From Candidatus Fraserbacteria bacterium (GTDB lineage: Bacteria > Bipolaricaulota > Bipolaricaulia > RBG-16-55-9), in the NCBI GenBank assembly GCA_037442925.1, contig JBBIPG010000017.1, forward strand, positions 1 to 34,283: a DNA stretch of 34,283 nucleotides, given 5' to 3'. Position numbers and translations under genes: made by a program. Below the pieces are notes generated by a model. That model had not been told where the DNA came from. It searched no databases and was given only the letters and a program-made list of their open reading frames with translations. The stretch's first letter is position 1, and each line of letters starts with the position of its first letter. This document shows positions 18,943 to 27,432 of the stretch, one piece after another.

Positions 18943-20179
18943 CGGCCTTGACAGAGGGCTCCACCGTTTCGCTCGGAAGGACGTGTTCTAGGCGGTGGCC
19001 CAGCTTCTCTTTCTTAGCTTTCAAATACGCATAGTTGTAGCGATTGGGCCGGACCGTGAGCGGAACTTGCTCCATGATCGTTAGACCGTAGCTTTCGAGC
19101 CCGACGATCTTCTTCGGGTTGTTCGTGAGGATGCGGATGGTCGTAAGACCCAGATCCCGAAGGATCTGAGCGCCGATGCCGTATTCTCTTAGGTCTTCCT
19201 TGAATCCCAGCTGCCGGTTGGCGTCTACCGTATCGAGCCCCTGATCCTGCAAGTGATAGGCTCTGATCTTGTTTCCGAGACCGATTCCGCGGCCTTCTTG
19301 ACGCAGATACAAGAAGACGCCTCGACCCTCAGCCTGAATGCGCCGCAGTGCCTCGGTCACTTGGGTGCCACAGTCACACTTGAGCGATCCAAACACATCT
19401 CCCGTAAGACACTCCGAGTGAACGCGCACCAGCACGTTCTCCACGCCATAGACCTCACCCTTGACGAGGGCCAGATGCTCTTTCCCATCCACCAGGCTCC
19501 GATAGGCATGAATCCCGAAATCGCCATAACACGTCGGCAGCTGCGCGGCCGCTATGCGCTCGATCAACACTTCTCGCTCGCTGCGGAACTTGATGAGATC
19601 CGCAATGCTGATCATGTGCAACTGAAATCGGCGGGCGAACTTCTCTAAGTCAGGGAGGCGGGCCATTGTGCCATCTTCATTCATGATCTCGCAGATCACG
19701 GCGGCAGGGAAGAGCCCGGCGAGTCGGGCCAAATCCACGCTGGCTTCCGTGTGGCCTGCCCTCTGCAAGACGCCCCCGGCCTTGGCCCTAAGCGGAAAGA
19801 CGTGACCCGGCTGAACGAGGTCTGCGGGTTTGGTGTGTGAGTCGATGAGCGTTCGGATCGTTTGCGCTCGATCCTGCGCAGAAGTCCCTGTGCTAATGCC
19901 CGTCCGCGCATCCACGGAGACCGTAAACGCACACCCCTTCCCCGTGGATTCGCTTTGTACCATGAGCTTGATCCCCAGCTCATCCAGGCGTTCTTGCGTC
20001 ATGGGCACGCAGATGATCCCTCGAGCGTGCTTGGCCATGAAATTGATCTTCTCCGGGGTCACCTTCTCGGCAGCTACGACGAGATCCCCCTCGTTCTCGC
20101 GGTCCTCGTCATCGACCACAATGACCATCTCACCCCGGCGGATGGCTTCAATTGCATCGTCAATGGAATCGAAAGCCAT
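18926..20179 (-). CDS. ribBA: Bifunctional DHBP synthase / GTP cyclohydrolase II
   Basis: [26 protein letters not shown], then [22 protein letters not shown] and TNNPKK. Confidence 0.97.
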   Translation of the reverse strand: MAFDSIDDAIEAIRRGEMVIVVDDEDRENEGDLVVAAEKVTPEKINFMAKHARGIICVPMTQERLDELGIKLMVQSESTGKGCAFTVSVDARTGISTGTSAQDRAQTIRTLIDSHTKPADLVQPGHVFPLRAKAGGVLQRAGHTEASVDLARLAGLFPAAVICEIMNEDGTMARLPDLEKFARRFQLHMISIADLIKFRSEREVLIERIAAAQLPTCYGDFGIHAYRSLVDGKEHLALVKGEVYGVENVLVRVHSECLTGDVFGSLKCDCGTQVTEALRRIQAEGRGVFLYLRQEGRGIGLGNKIRAYHLQDQGLDTVDANRQLGFKEDLREYGIGAQILRDLGLTTIRILTNNPKKIVGLESYGLTIMEQVPLTVRPNRYNYAYLKAKKEKLGHRLEHVLPSETVEPSVKADGQDV

Positions 20180-20770
20180 TCAATGCCCCCTCTCTTGAAT
20201 CTGCCTCGCGACGTACTTCGCTACCAGATCGAACTCGACGTTCACTCTATCGCTCAACTGTAGCTCATGCAAGGTCGTGGCGCGCAACGTATGAGGAATC
20301 AGAGCCACATCAAAATGCCCCGCTCGAATGTGAAAGGGAGTCAGGCTGACCCCGTCAATGGCCACGCAGCCCTTCTCCACGAGAAGATGGTCGTAACCCG
20401 GATCGATCCGGAAGGTGAAGAGAGAGAACTCCCCTTGGGGTTGAATCGAGACGACTTCTCCCACCGTGTCGACATGCCCCTGCACGAGATGTCCCCCCAG
20501 CCGATCGCTCAGTCTCAAGGGCAATTCGAGGTTGACACAATCACCCGGCCGGAGTGATCCCAGCTTTGTGCAGCGCAAGGTTTCTGGGCTGATTTCAACT
20601 TCGCATTCCCCACGAAGTGAATCTACAGCGATGGCCGTAAGACAGGCTCCGCTGACGGCTACACTGCCTCCTACGGTCAATTCAGAAGAGACAGCCTTGG
20701 AAGCGATCCGCAAGCGCGGTGGAGAGAACTCGCGGACTTCCCCGATTGCCGTGATAATCCCTGTGAACAT
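20180..20770 (-). CDS. ribE: Riboflavin synthase (alpha chain; ribE in Bacillus nomenclature, ribC in E. coli)
   Basis: MFTGII start, GACLT, VNLE, GGHLVQGHVD, DGVSLT, LIPHT and VNVEFD. Confidence 0.96.
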   Translation of the reverse strand: MFTGIITAIGEVREFSPPRLRIASKAVSSELTVGGSVAVSGACLTAIAVDSLRGECEVEISPETLRCTKLGSLRPGDCVNLELPLRLSDRLGGHLVQGHVDTVGEVVSIQPQGEFSLFTFRIDPGYDHLLVEKGCVAIDGVSLTPFHIRAGHFDVALIPHTLRATTLHELQLSDRVNVEFDLVAKYVARQIQERGH

Positions 20771-20779
20771 CTTTATGCT

Positions 20780-20832
20780 ATCATAGCGAAATGCCGACGG
20801 AATTTGCAATCCCGAAGCGCTCTGAGTAGACT
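20780..20832. promoter_or_regulatory. Putative back-to-back promoters for ribE and yidC sharing a palindromic -35
   Basis: TTGCAA at 20804-20809 is its own reverse complement. Plus strand: 17 bp then TAGACT (20827-20832). Minus strand: 18 bp then TATGAT (20785-20780). Confidence 0.5.
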
Positions 20833-20872
20833 GGGCGCGATTTCAAATCGGGAGGGCACACCTCAAGTTCGC

Positions 20873-22549
20873 ATGAGTTGGACTCGTAGAAGATGGGTCG
20901 TTTTGGCCGTCGGCCTGCTGTGGGCTTTAGCGGGAGCTTCCGTAGAGGCGGCTGACCTACACACACCCATCCCAACCGTACGCATCCTCGAGCGCGAAGG
21001 CTATCGCGAGATCGAAGTCGTAACCAAGCTCGCTTCCTATCTTTTCTCGACTCAAGGGGGAGTGCTTCGAAGCATCTACTTGCATTTCGCTCCCATGGGA
21101 ACCCCTCCCGTTGAACTCATCCCGGACGCAGAGACTCGACTTGACCCTGCGAGCGGCGAACTTAAGCGCAGTTACGTGCGGAACGCCCTCTTCCCCTTTC
21201 GGCTCGTGGTGGACGGCACACCCACAGATGAGCTCGAGTATGCCTTTGAATCGCAAGACTCCGGACAGCAGCTTCGCTTGCGCTTCACTGCCGAGGTCCA
21301 GGGAGTCATCATTAGAAAGACGTTCACTGTAAGTGAGAACCCCTACTATTCCGTGAGGTTTGATCTCGAGGTGATCAACTCCACGGCTGCGCCTCTCTCG
21401 CTTTCGCAAGGCATCCAGCTTTTTGTGGGGCATGGTGTGGGAAAAGTCACAGATTCTCGTGGGCAGATTCGCTATCTCTTTGGAAGTCAAATCACGGATC
21501 GCCCCCTGGAATCCTCTGAATTCAATGGCTTGGGATTCGTTGGGCAGGGTCTTGTCCTCTTTCTCAAGAATCTCCCCAGCGACGGACCGCGTTCCCCACT
21601 TTCGGGTGAGGCCACGGGTCACGAGACGGGCTTGGGAATTGAGATCAAGCTGCTCACGCTCTTAGCACGAGAATCTAAGACGTACTCGTTTGAGCTCTAT
21701 GCTGGGCGTGCCAAGTATACACTCTTAGAGCATGAAGGCCTCGGACAGCTCGATCCACCCGGCTTCTTCTCCCAGCTGCTCATCTGGGTCGTCGAGTTGC
21801 TGGACTGGCTCTATGGGCTGACGAGCAACTATGGGTGGGCGATCATCCTCTTCACCTTGATCACGCGGATTGTGCTCTTCCCCCTGACGCGCCAGCAGTT
21901 TCATTCCATGGCCAAGATGGCGGAGCTGCGCCCCAAGCTGGAAAAGCTTCAGCAGCGTTACCCTACCCTGCGACGGCTCAAGGAGCTTCATCCCAACATG
22001 AGCCAAGAGGAGCTATTCAAACGGGATCGGGAGAACCGTCGAGCCCTGCAAGAGAAGATGATGGAGCTCTATCGTGAGGAGAAAGTCAACCCCCTGGGCG
22101 GATGCCTGCCGGTGCTCATACAGTTTCCCATCTTGATCGTCCTGTGGCAGGCTATTGTCTATAGTGCGGAGACGATCCACCTAAGCCCCGGCTTCCTCTG
22201 GATGAATGACCTCTCGCTGCGCGATCCCTACTATCTGATCGTGGCGCTCACAGCCATCGCCATGCTGATCCAGACAAAGACCACCCCCACGCTGACGACA
22301 TCCACTCAGGGTCCGAATCCCATGATCTTCATGCTCTTCTCCGTTGCCTTGATGGTCTTGTTCTTGAAGGATTTCCCGGCAGGGCTCTGGCTCTACTACT
22401 TGCTCACCACCCTCTTTCAAGTGGGGCAGCAGGTGTTCATCAACTGGGAACTCAAGCGCCTCCGTCTGGAGAAGGAGGCAGCAGTCGCTGTGACCTCGGA
22501 AGCCAGAACCGAGGGGGACAAAGCTCCAAGAGAATCACGAACAAAATGA
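20873..22549 (+). CDS. yidC: Membrane protein insertase YidC
   Basis: N-terminal signal/TM and large periplasmic domain, then NYGWAIILFTLITR, SMAKMAELRPKL, NPLGGCLP.LIQFPI, FLWMNDLS..DPYY and PAGLWLYY. Confidence 0.95.
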   Translation: MSWTRRRWVVLAVGLLWALAGASVEAADLHTPIPTVRILEREGYREIEVVTKLASYLFSTQGGVLRSIYLHFAPMGTPPVELIPDAETRLDPASGELKRSYVRNALFPFRLVVDGTPTDELEYAFESQDSGQQLRLRFTAEVQGVIIRKTFTVSENPYYSVRFDLEVINSTAAPLSLSQGIQLFVGHGVGKVTDSRGQIRYLFGSQITDRPLESSEFNGLGFVGQGLVLFLKNLPSDGPRSPLSGEATGHETGLGIEIKLLTLLARESKTYSFELYAGRAKYTLLEHEGLGQLDPPGFFSQLLIWVVELLDWLYGLTSNYGWAIILFTLITRIVLFPLTRQQFHSMAKMAELRPKLEKLQQRYPTLRRLKELHPNMSQEELFKRDRENRRALQEKMMELYREEKVNPLGGCLPVLIQFPILIVLWQAIVYSAETIHLSPGFLWMNDLSLRDPYYLIVALTAIAMLIQTKTTPTLTTSTQGPNPMIFMLFSVALMVLFLKDFPAGLWLYYLLTTLFQVGQQVFINWELKRLRLEKEAAVAVTSEARTEGDKAPRESRTK

Positions 22550-23010
22550 ATGAGCAGATCAAGCAGGCCGTCGAGCAATACTTTCGCGGGTTACTCACCG
22601 TGCTGGGTGAGACGGCGGAGATCCAGTACAAGAAGGAAGGAGAGAATGAGCTTTTCATCAACCTTCAGGGGGTTAGCACGTTCGATGGACTCGACGCGAA
22701 GCTCCTTAGAGCCCTAAGTTATCTCGCCGAGATTGCGATGCGACGTCGGTTAGGAACCGGCATTCGGATTCACCTCGACATCAACAATCAACGGGCCAAG
22801 AGGCTGGCAGAGATCCAGCAGCTGGCTCGTCGGTTGGCGGACGAAGCCGTGCGAGAATCGAAGAAGATTCAGCTCGATCCCATGGAGACCTACGAGCGCA
22901 AGGCTATCCATGAGGCGCTGAGCGGCTATGAGGGAGTCCGCACGTACAGTGAAGGCAGGGGCGCCGAGCGCCGCGTGGTCATTGAGCCCGTCCGTCCATC
23001 TGACTCTTAG
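22546..23010 (+). CDS. jag: Jag/EloR (KhpB)-like RNA-binding protein, short form (KH-like + R3H)
   Basis: LDPMETYERKAIHEAL...TYSEGRGAERRVVI is an R3H domain; ATGA-coupled to yidC. Confidence 0.85.
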   Translation: MNEQIKQAVEQYFRGLLTVLGETAEIQYKKEGENELFINLQGVSTFDGLDAKLLRALSYLAEIAMRRRLGTGIRIHLDINNQRAKRLAEIQQLARRLADEAVRESKKIQLDPMETYERKAIHEALSGYEGVRTYSEGRGAERRVVIEPVRPSDS

Positions 23011-24068
23011 TCCCAGGGGAGAACCCACTTCCAGAACGGGCCGCGGAAGTACGTCCCGATAATGATGAGCAAGACGAATAGTAGCATAGAGAGCGTAAAG
23101 ACCGCCACAGTCATGGGGCGCTCTCGGAGGCGTCGGCCCACCGGAGCACTTCGATCGGATCTCCAGAACTCCAAGTAAGGCTCAATGTACGGGATCGCAA
23201 GCAAGAACAGAACAAACAGTCCAGGCAGGATCACTCCGCCTAGGGCGATCGAATTTAAAAACCCACCCAAGTTGGGAGAAATAGCTAGAAGCTCTTGAAT
23301 ACCCAAGAAATACCAAGGTGCCTTCTCCGGGTTGGGCGTGAAAGCCGGCGTGGCAGCTTGTTCCAAGGGCGCATCCACAAGCAGGGCGTAGATGCTTAAA
23401 CCGCCTAGCAAGAAGAAGAAGATGGTCGTAATCACATAGAGGAAATAGGGGTACGTCAGGATCTCTTCTTTCTCTGTCTCTTGGGCGGGGATGCGCTTGG
23501 AGAAGACCTGGAGCATCATCTCTACGGTCTTCTCGGTGAAGGGGTACTGCGACGGGATCTCTTTCACTCGGTCTTGTTCTAGAGTATAGCGGAGCAGATC
23601 GCTCAGCACTCGAAAGTCTTCTGGATCTCCGCCTCCGTCCACCAGAGCCGGAGCGCGTCGGCGCAGGTCTTTCAGGCGCTTGAGTGTAATAGCCTGAGCG
23701 GAGTGAACCTCTGCCAGCGGCACATGCTCCGCGCAATAATCGAGTAGATCTGCCAGTAAGCCAGGGTGGATCTCGAGCGCCTCGGCGACCTCGTAGCCGG
23801 GGACTTCGAGCTCGAGATCCTCTGTAACAGCCATCTGACACGAGAGCCGCCACTTCTTCTCGATCTTGTCTTTGAGCAAGTCCTTTTCATTGGCGTTGGG
23901 CTCTCCGCCGCCCTTCAGCACGCGCACCGCACACGTAGAGCACGTTCCTCGTCCACCGCAGGTGGCCGGAAGATTGCGGTCATACTTCTTCTCTTGAATG
24001 AATTTCAAAAGATTCGTGCCTGCAGCAACCTCGAAATCCTGTTGGCCGAGAATCGTGACCTTAGGCAT
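23007..24068 (-). CDS. Fusion: NqrF-like [2Fe-2S] ferredoxin domain, helical linker, cytochrome b subunit IV (PetD/QcrC-like)
   Basis: CGGRGTCSTC...RLSCQ ([2Fe-2S]); C-terminal TYPYFL, DAPLE, PNPEKAPWYFLGIQELL (Qo-loop equivalent), LAIPYIE and GTYFRGP.W with 3 TM segments. Confidence 0.85.
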   Translation of the reverse strand: MPKVTILGQQDFEVAAGTNLLKFIQEKKYDRNLPATCGGRGTCSTCAVRVLKGGGEPNANEKDLLKDKIEKKWRLSCQMAVTEDLELEVPGYEVAEALEIHPGLLADLLDYCAEHVPLAEVHSAQAITLKRLKDLRRRAPALVDGGGDPEDFRVLSDLLRYTLEQDRVKEIPSQYPFTEKTVEMMLQVFSKRIPAQETEKEEILTYPYFLYVITTIFFFLLGGLSIYALLVDAPLEQAATPAFTPNPEKAPWYFLGIQELLAISPNLGGFLNSIALGGVILPGLFVLFLLAIPYIEPYLEFWRSDRSAPVGRRLRERPMTVAVFTLSMLLFVLLIIIGTYFRGPFWKWVLPWD

Positions 24069-24074
24069 ACTCGA

Positions 24075-24989
24075 TCACCTTGCCCCTTCTGACCCGCGGG
24101 CGATCTCTTGTAGCTTCTGGTTCACAGCGCGTCCTCCGGGCAAACAGCGCGTGGGCGGGGCTTTCCCTTGAGCAAGCGCTTGAGCATACTCTTCACAAGT
24201 GAGATATCCGCAGGCCTCACAATCGAAACCGGGCAACACCGCACGGAGCGCGCGGGCTTTCTCAGTCAGTAGGCCTCTCGCCGGTGCAGGCCAGCGAATC
24301 ACCAAGGGCTTGAAGAGTTCAATCGCAAGATCGCTCTCCACGGGCACTTGACAAGCGAGAAAGATCGGAAGAGCACGCTGCCGGGGGGTTAATATGGGGC
24401 CATAGTGCTTCTCTTCCCAATTCTCGGCTCCTTCGCGCACCCTCACACGACAACTGGCGCACGATCCCTGACGGCCGCATTGGGTGATCAAGCGATAGCC
24501 CGCATCCTCCAGCACTGTAAGCAGCAGTGTCCCTTTTTGAGAAGCGAGTACGCTTCCATCGTTGGCGATGGCGACGAAATGGCGGGGCCGAGCAGTCTCG
24601 CGAACTCGCTCTGCGGCATAGAGGGCTACCAGAGCAAAGCCCCCCAGTAGTAAGGGCTGCATGAGGTTCGGAATATGAGCGAAGCCCCATAAGCTCAAGG
24701 CCAAAATGAGAAGCAATACAACAGTAATCCCCAAATAGCCTTGAGCGCGGAGTATCTGAGGTATATCCGCCACGGACAATCGTTCGTGAGTGGCTTCGAT
24801 GGCCTGCACGAGCAGCTGACAGACGAGCCCACCCAGAACAATCCCCACGATGATCGTGTCCAGACGTAGCTGCCAGAGGAGCGAGAGCAGGATGATCCCA
24901 ACGAGGGCCATTCCAGCAAGCATGAGCGCCAACCCGCGCGTGAGGCGCACCTCTCGCTGCCAACGGGCACGCCGTTGTTGAACGCTCAT
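24075..24989 (-). CDS. Membrane protein with a [2Fe-2S] ferredoxin domain and a C-terminal RnfB-type FeS domain
   Basis: About 4 N-terminal hydrophobic helices; CGRQGSCASC...LACQ; LPGFDCEACGYLTCEEYAQAL...RCLPGG. Start 24989 has a GGAGG RBS and an ATGA overlap. Confidence 0.82.
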   Translation of the reverse strand: MSVQQRRARWQREVRLTRGLALMLAGMALVGIILLSLLWQLRLDTIIVGIVLGGLVCQLLVQAIEATHERLSVADIPQILRAQGYLGITVVLLLILALSLWGFAHIPNLMQPLLLGGFALVALYAAERVRETARPRHFVAIANDGSVLASQKGTLLLTVLEDAGYRLITQCGRQGSCASCRVRVREGAENWEEKHYGPILTPRQRALPIFLACQVPVESDLAIELFKPLVIRWPAPARGLLTEKARALRAVLPGFDCEACGYLTCEEYAQALAQGKAPPTRCLPGGRAVNQKLQEIARGSEGAR

Positions 24990-26011
24990 GCGCGACCTCC
25001 ATAGCTCTTGGGCAGGGTCCACCTATCGATGAGGGGGACGAATAAGTTCATGAGCAATACAGAGAATGTGACGCCTTCTGGATCGGGAGTCAGTGCCCGT
25101 AGGATCAGTATGAGCAATCCAATCGCGATCGCGTAGATCCACTTGCCCCAGGCAGTCATGGGACTTGTGACGGGATCTGTGGCAATAAAGAAGGCTGTCA
25201 AGAGCGTGCTTCCGGCAAGCACGTGAATCAGCCAGCCTCCTCGAAACACCGTGGGAAAGAACATCTCCAGCAATGACTGGCCGATGGCAATAGTTGCGAG
25301 CATCACGATGGAGATGCGCCAGTCGATAGCGCGAGTCAAGAGTAGCCAGCCTCCCGCGAGCAGCAGCAAGAGTCCCGACGTTGCCCCCATGGCTCCGGGG
25401 GCATTGCCTATAAACAATTCTCCCAGCGGCGGTGTCGGTTGGTTCTGAAGCGCAGCCACGAGAGGTGTGATGGTGGTCGTCACGTCCGCAGGCGGTGCCC
25501 ACTCTACGAATCCTCCTGATCCACCCCAGAAAGGCTGCGAGAATTGGCTCATGAACACGGGAAAGAGGACGAGTAAGAATGCCTTGCCGACCAGGGCGGG
25601 ATGAAAGACGTTGTATCCCAGCCCGCCGAAGAGTTCTCGGGATAACATGGCAGCGGCCGCACCCAGAGCCACGATCCACAATGGAAGGTTCGGGGGCAGG
25701 AGGAGAGTGTATAAAAGAGCGAGTATGAGCAAACCTTCGGTGGGCGGACGTCGTCGGATGAAACTGAAGGCCAATTGCACAACTCCTCCCGCGATCACGG
25801 CAACGAGAAAGACGGCCAGAACGTGCCATCCAAAGAGATAGATCGCGCCTGCCGTCGCAGGCAACACGGCCAGAAGAGGCATGAGCATATAGCGTTGAAT
25901 GCTGACCCCATCTCGCAGGTAGGGCGCGCTCGAGGCAGAGAGATCACTCCCACCGTAGAGAAGATCACTCAGGCTCTGGCGGAGGATGGGTCTAGATACT
26001 CTGTGATTCAT
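24986..26011 (-). CDS. rnfD: RnfD/NqrB family membrane flavoprotein
   Basis: APYLRD, TEG, LFGGLGYNVFHPALVG, DVTTTITPL (FMN-Thr site), ATDPVTSP and PEGV..LLMN..PLID. Confidence 0.88.
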   Translation of the reverse strand: MNHRVSRPILRQSLSDLLYGGSDLSASSAPYLRDGVSIQRYMLMPLLAVLPATAGAIYLFGWHVLAVFLVAVIAGGVVQLAFSFIRRRPPTEGLLILALLYTLLLPPNLPLWIVALGAAAAMLSRELFGGLGYNVFHPALVGKAFLLVLFPVFMSQFSQPFWGGSGGFVEWAPPADVTTTITPLVAALQNQPTPPLGELFIGNAPGAMGATSGLLLLLAGGWLLLTRAIDWRISIVMLATIAIGQSLLEMFFPTVFRGGWLIHVLAGSTLLTAFFIATDPVTSPMTAWGKWIYAIAIGLLILILRALTPDPEGVTFSVLLMNLFVPLIDRWTLPKSYGGRA

Positions 26012-27432
26012 GATTCGAGTCGCTCCTCACGAATGGCCCGCTTGCCCTTCTGGATCTCGTCCATTACGGAGATCTTGGAGGGGCAGACGTAGCTACAGAG
26101 CCCACACTCAACGCAAGCGAAGATATCGAGTTCTTCAGCTCGCCGGAGATCGCCTTGGTGCGCGGCCTCCGCGATCCAAATTGGGAGTAGATTCTGCGGG
26201 CAGACTTCGACGCAATACCCGCAGTGAACGCAGGGACGTGGCGTGCCGTTCAAGCCCGTCGTAGCTACCCGTGGACCTCCCAGCAGAGGGGGAATGATGC
26301 GCGTATACGAATCGTGTCTCAACCCCGGCCGAGCGCCTCCGAAAAGTTTCTTAGTGGGTTCACGCAGCACAACGAGCGCACGTGTGTCGCGCAGAATGGG
26401 TGTGTTCATGTCGTTGACGGCTATTCCTCTCATGGGGCCACCCAGAAGGTTTCTAGAAGGCGTTTCGTGACCAAACTCACGAAGTAGATCTCCGATGGGC
26501 GTGCCAATGCGCACCCGCGCGTTGACCGGACGGCGGACGGCTGAGCCGCCTAGTGAAATTACGCGCTCGATGAGAGCCTTCCCTTCGAGCACCGCCTCGT
26601 AGGCCGCGAGGACTTGCTGCACATCGCAGACGACTGCTCCGATGGCCGTAGCATGCTTTCCAGATGGAACGTCCAGATTGAGCAGTGTCTTGACGAGAAC
26701 TTCATCTTCTCCCTGCGGGTATTTCGGCAGAAGGGGATGTATGTAAAGCCAGTCGTGGTAGTCCATGCGGTTCTCTAGTTCTTCGAGGAGGCGAGGCTGA
26801 TCGTAGCCGATGCCCACGTGCGCATCGACGTTGCCCAGTGCGCTCTTGAGAATCTTGATGCCCGTGACGAATCCCTCAAATTCCTCATAGAGAAGAGCCA
26901 GATCTCCCCGTAGATAGGGTTCTGTCTCCACGGCGTTGATCAGGAGATACTTCATCTTGCCGGGATCGACATCGGAAGAGCGATACGCTGTGGGGAAACC
27001 CGCCTTGCCCAGAGCTGTGACACCCGCCTCGTACAGTATGCGCCCCAGCTCGTCAGCTCCCCAACGCTCGAAGTTGCCCTTGGGCAGCTTCAAGTACGTC
27101 CATTCATCCCGGCCGTCGGATTCGATCGTCACATATGTCGTAATGGCTTGGCTCAGGGGATGAGCCCCCTCATCGATGGCTGTGACTTTCCCGGAGATCG
27201 GAGCATGGACAGGCGTTGAGATCATCTCATCCGAGCAGGCGATGATCTGTCCGGCCTTGACTCGATCACCCACGGCCACCAGCGAAGCGGTCTCTGAACC
27301 AAAGCCCTGCCGCAGCGGAATCTTGACTCGGGTTGGGACCGGTACTGACACGATGCGTGTGCTGGGGGTGCCCTCAAAGCGGCTGAAGTAGTGACCGCCT
27401 TTGAAGGTCTTGAGCGTGCCGACGATGGCCAT
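26008..27432 (-). CDS. rnfC: RnfC/NqrA-like subunit with two [4Fe-4S] motifs
   Basis: FKGGH, VGDRVKAGQ, HAPISG, AGVTALGKAGFPT, INAVETEPY, KYPQG, RIGTP, GGPMRG, CVHCGYCVEVCP and CVECGLCSYVCPS. Confidence 0.88.
   Translation of the reverse strand: MAIVGTLKTFKGGHYFSRFEGTPSTRIVSVPVPTRVKIPLRQGFGSETASLVAVGDRVKAGQIIACSDEMISTPVHAPISGKVTAIDEGAHPLSQAITTYVTIESDGRDEWTYLKLPKGNFERWGADELGRILYEAGVTALGKAGFPTAYRSSDVDPGKMKYLLINAVETEPYLRGDLALLYEEFEGFVTGIKILKSALGNVDAHVGIGYDQPRLLEELENRMDYHDWLYIHPLLPKYPQGEDEVLVKTLLNLDVPSGKHATAIGAVVCDVQQVLAAYEAVLEGKALIERVISLGGSAVRRPVNARVRIGTPIGDLLREFGHETPSRNLLGGPMRGIAVNDMNTPILRDTRALVVLREPTKKLFGGARPGLRHDSYTRIIPPLLGGPRVATTGLNGTPRPCVHCGYCVEVCPQNLLPIWIAEAAHQGDLRRAEELDIFACVECGLCSYVCPSKISVMDEIQKGKRAIREERLES

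Noticed and set aside
20771..20872. FMN riboswitch upstream of the rib operon
   Set aside because: The spacer is too short and no RFN consensus segments are visible.
23182..25829. Long alternative-frame ORFs (223, 227 and 268 aa) and antisense ORFs such as 31280-32152 and 20957-21622
   Set aside because: They overlap well-supported genes, show no motifs, and are expected shadow ORFs in GC-rich DNA.
23007..27432. Calling the locus a standard rnf or nqr operon
   Set aside because: RnfA/E/G (NqrC/D/E) and a canonical RnfB or NqrF are missing, and the genes are interleaved with cytochrome b halves.
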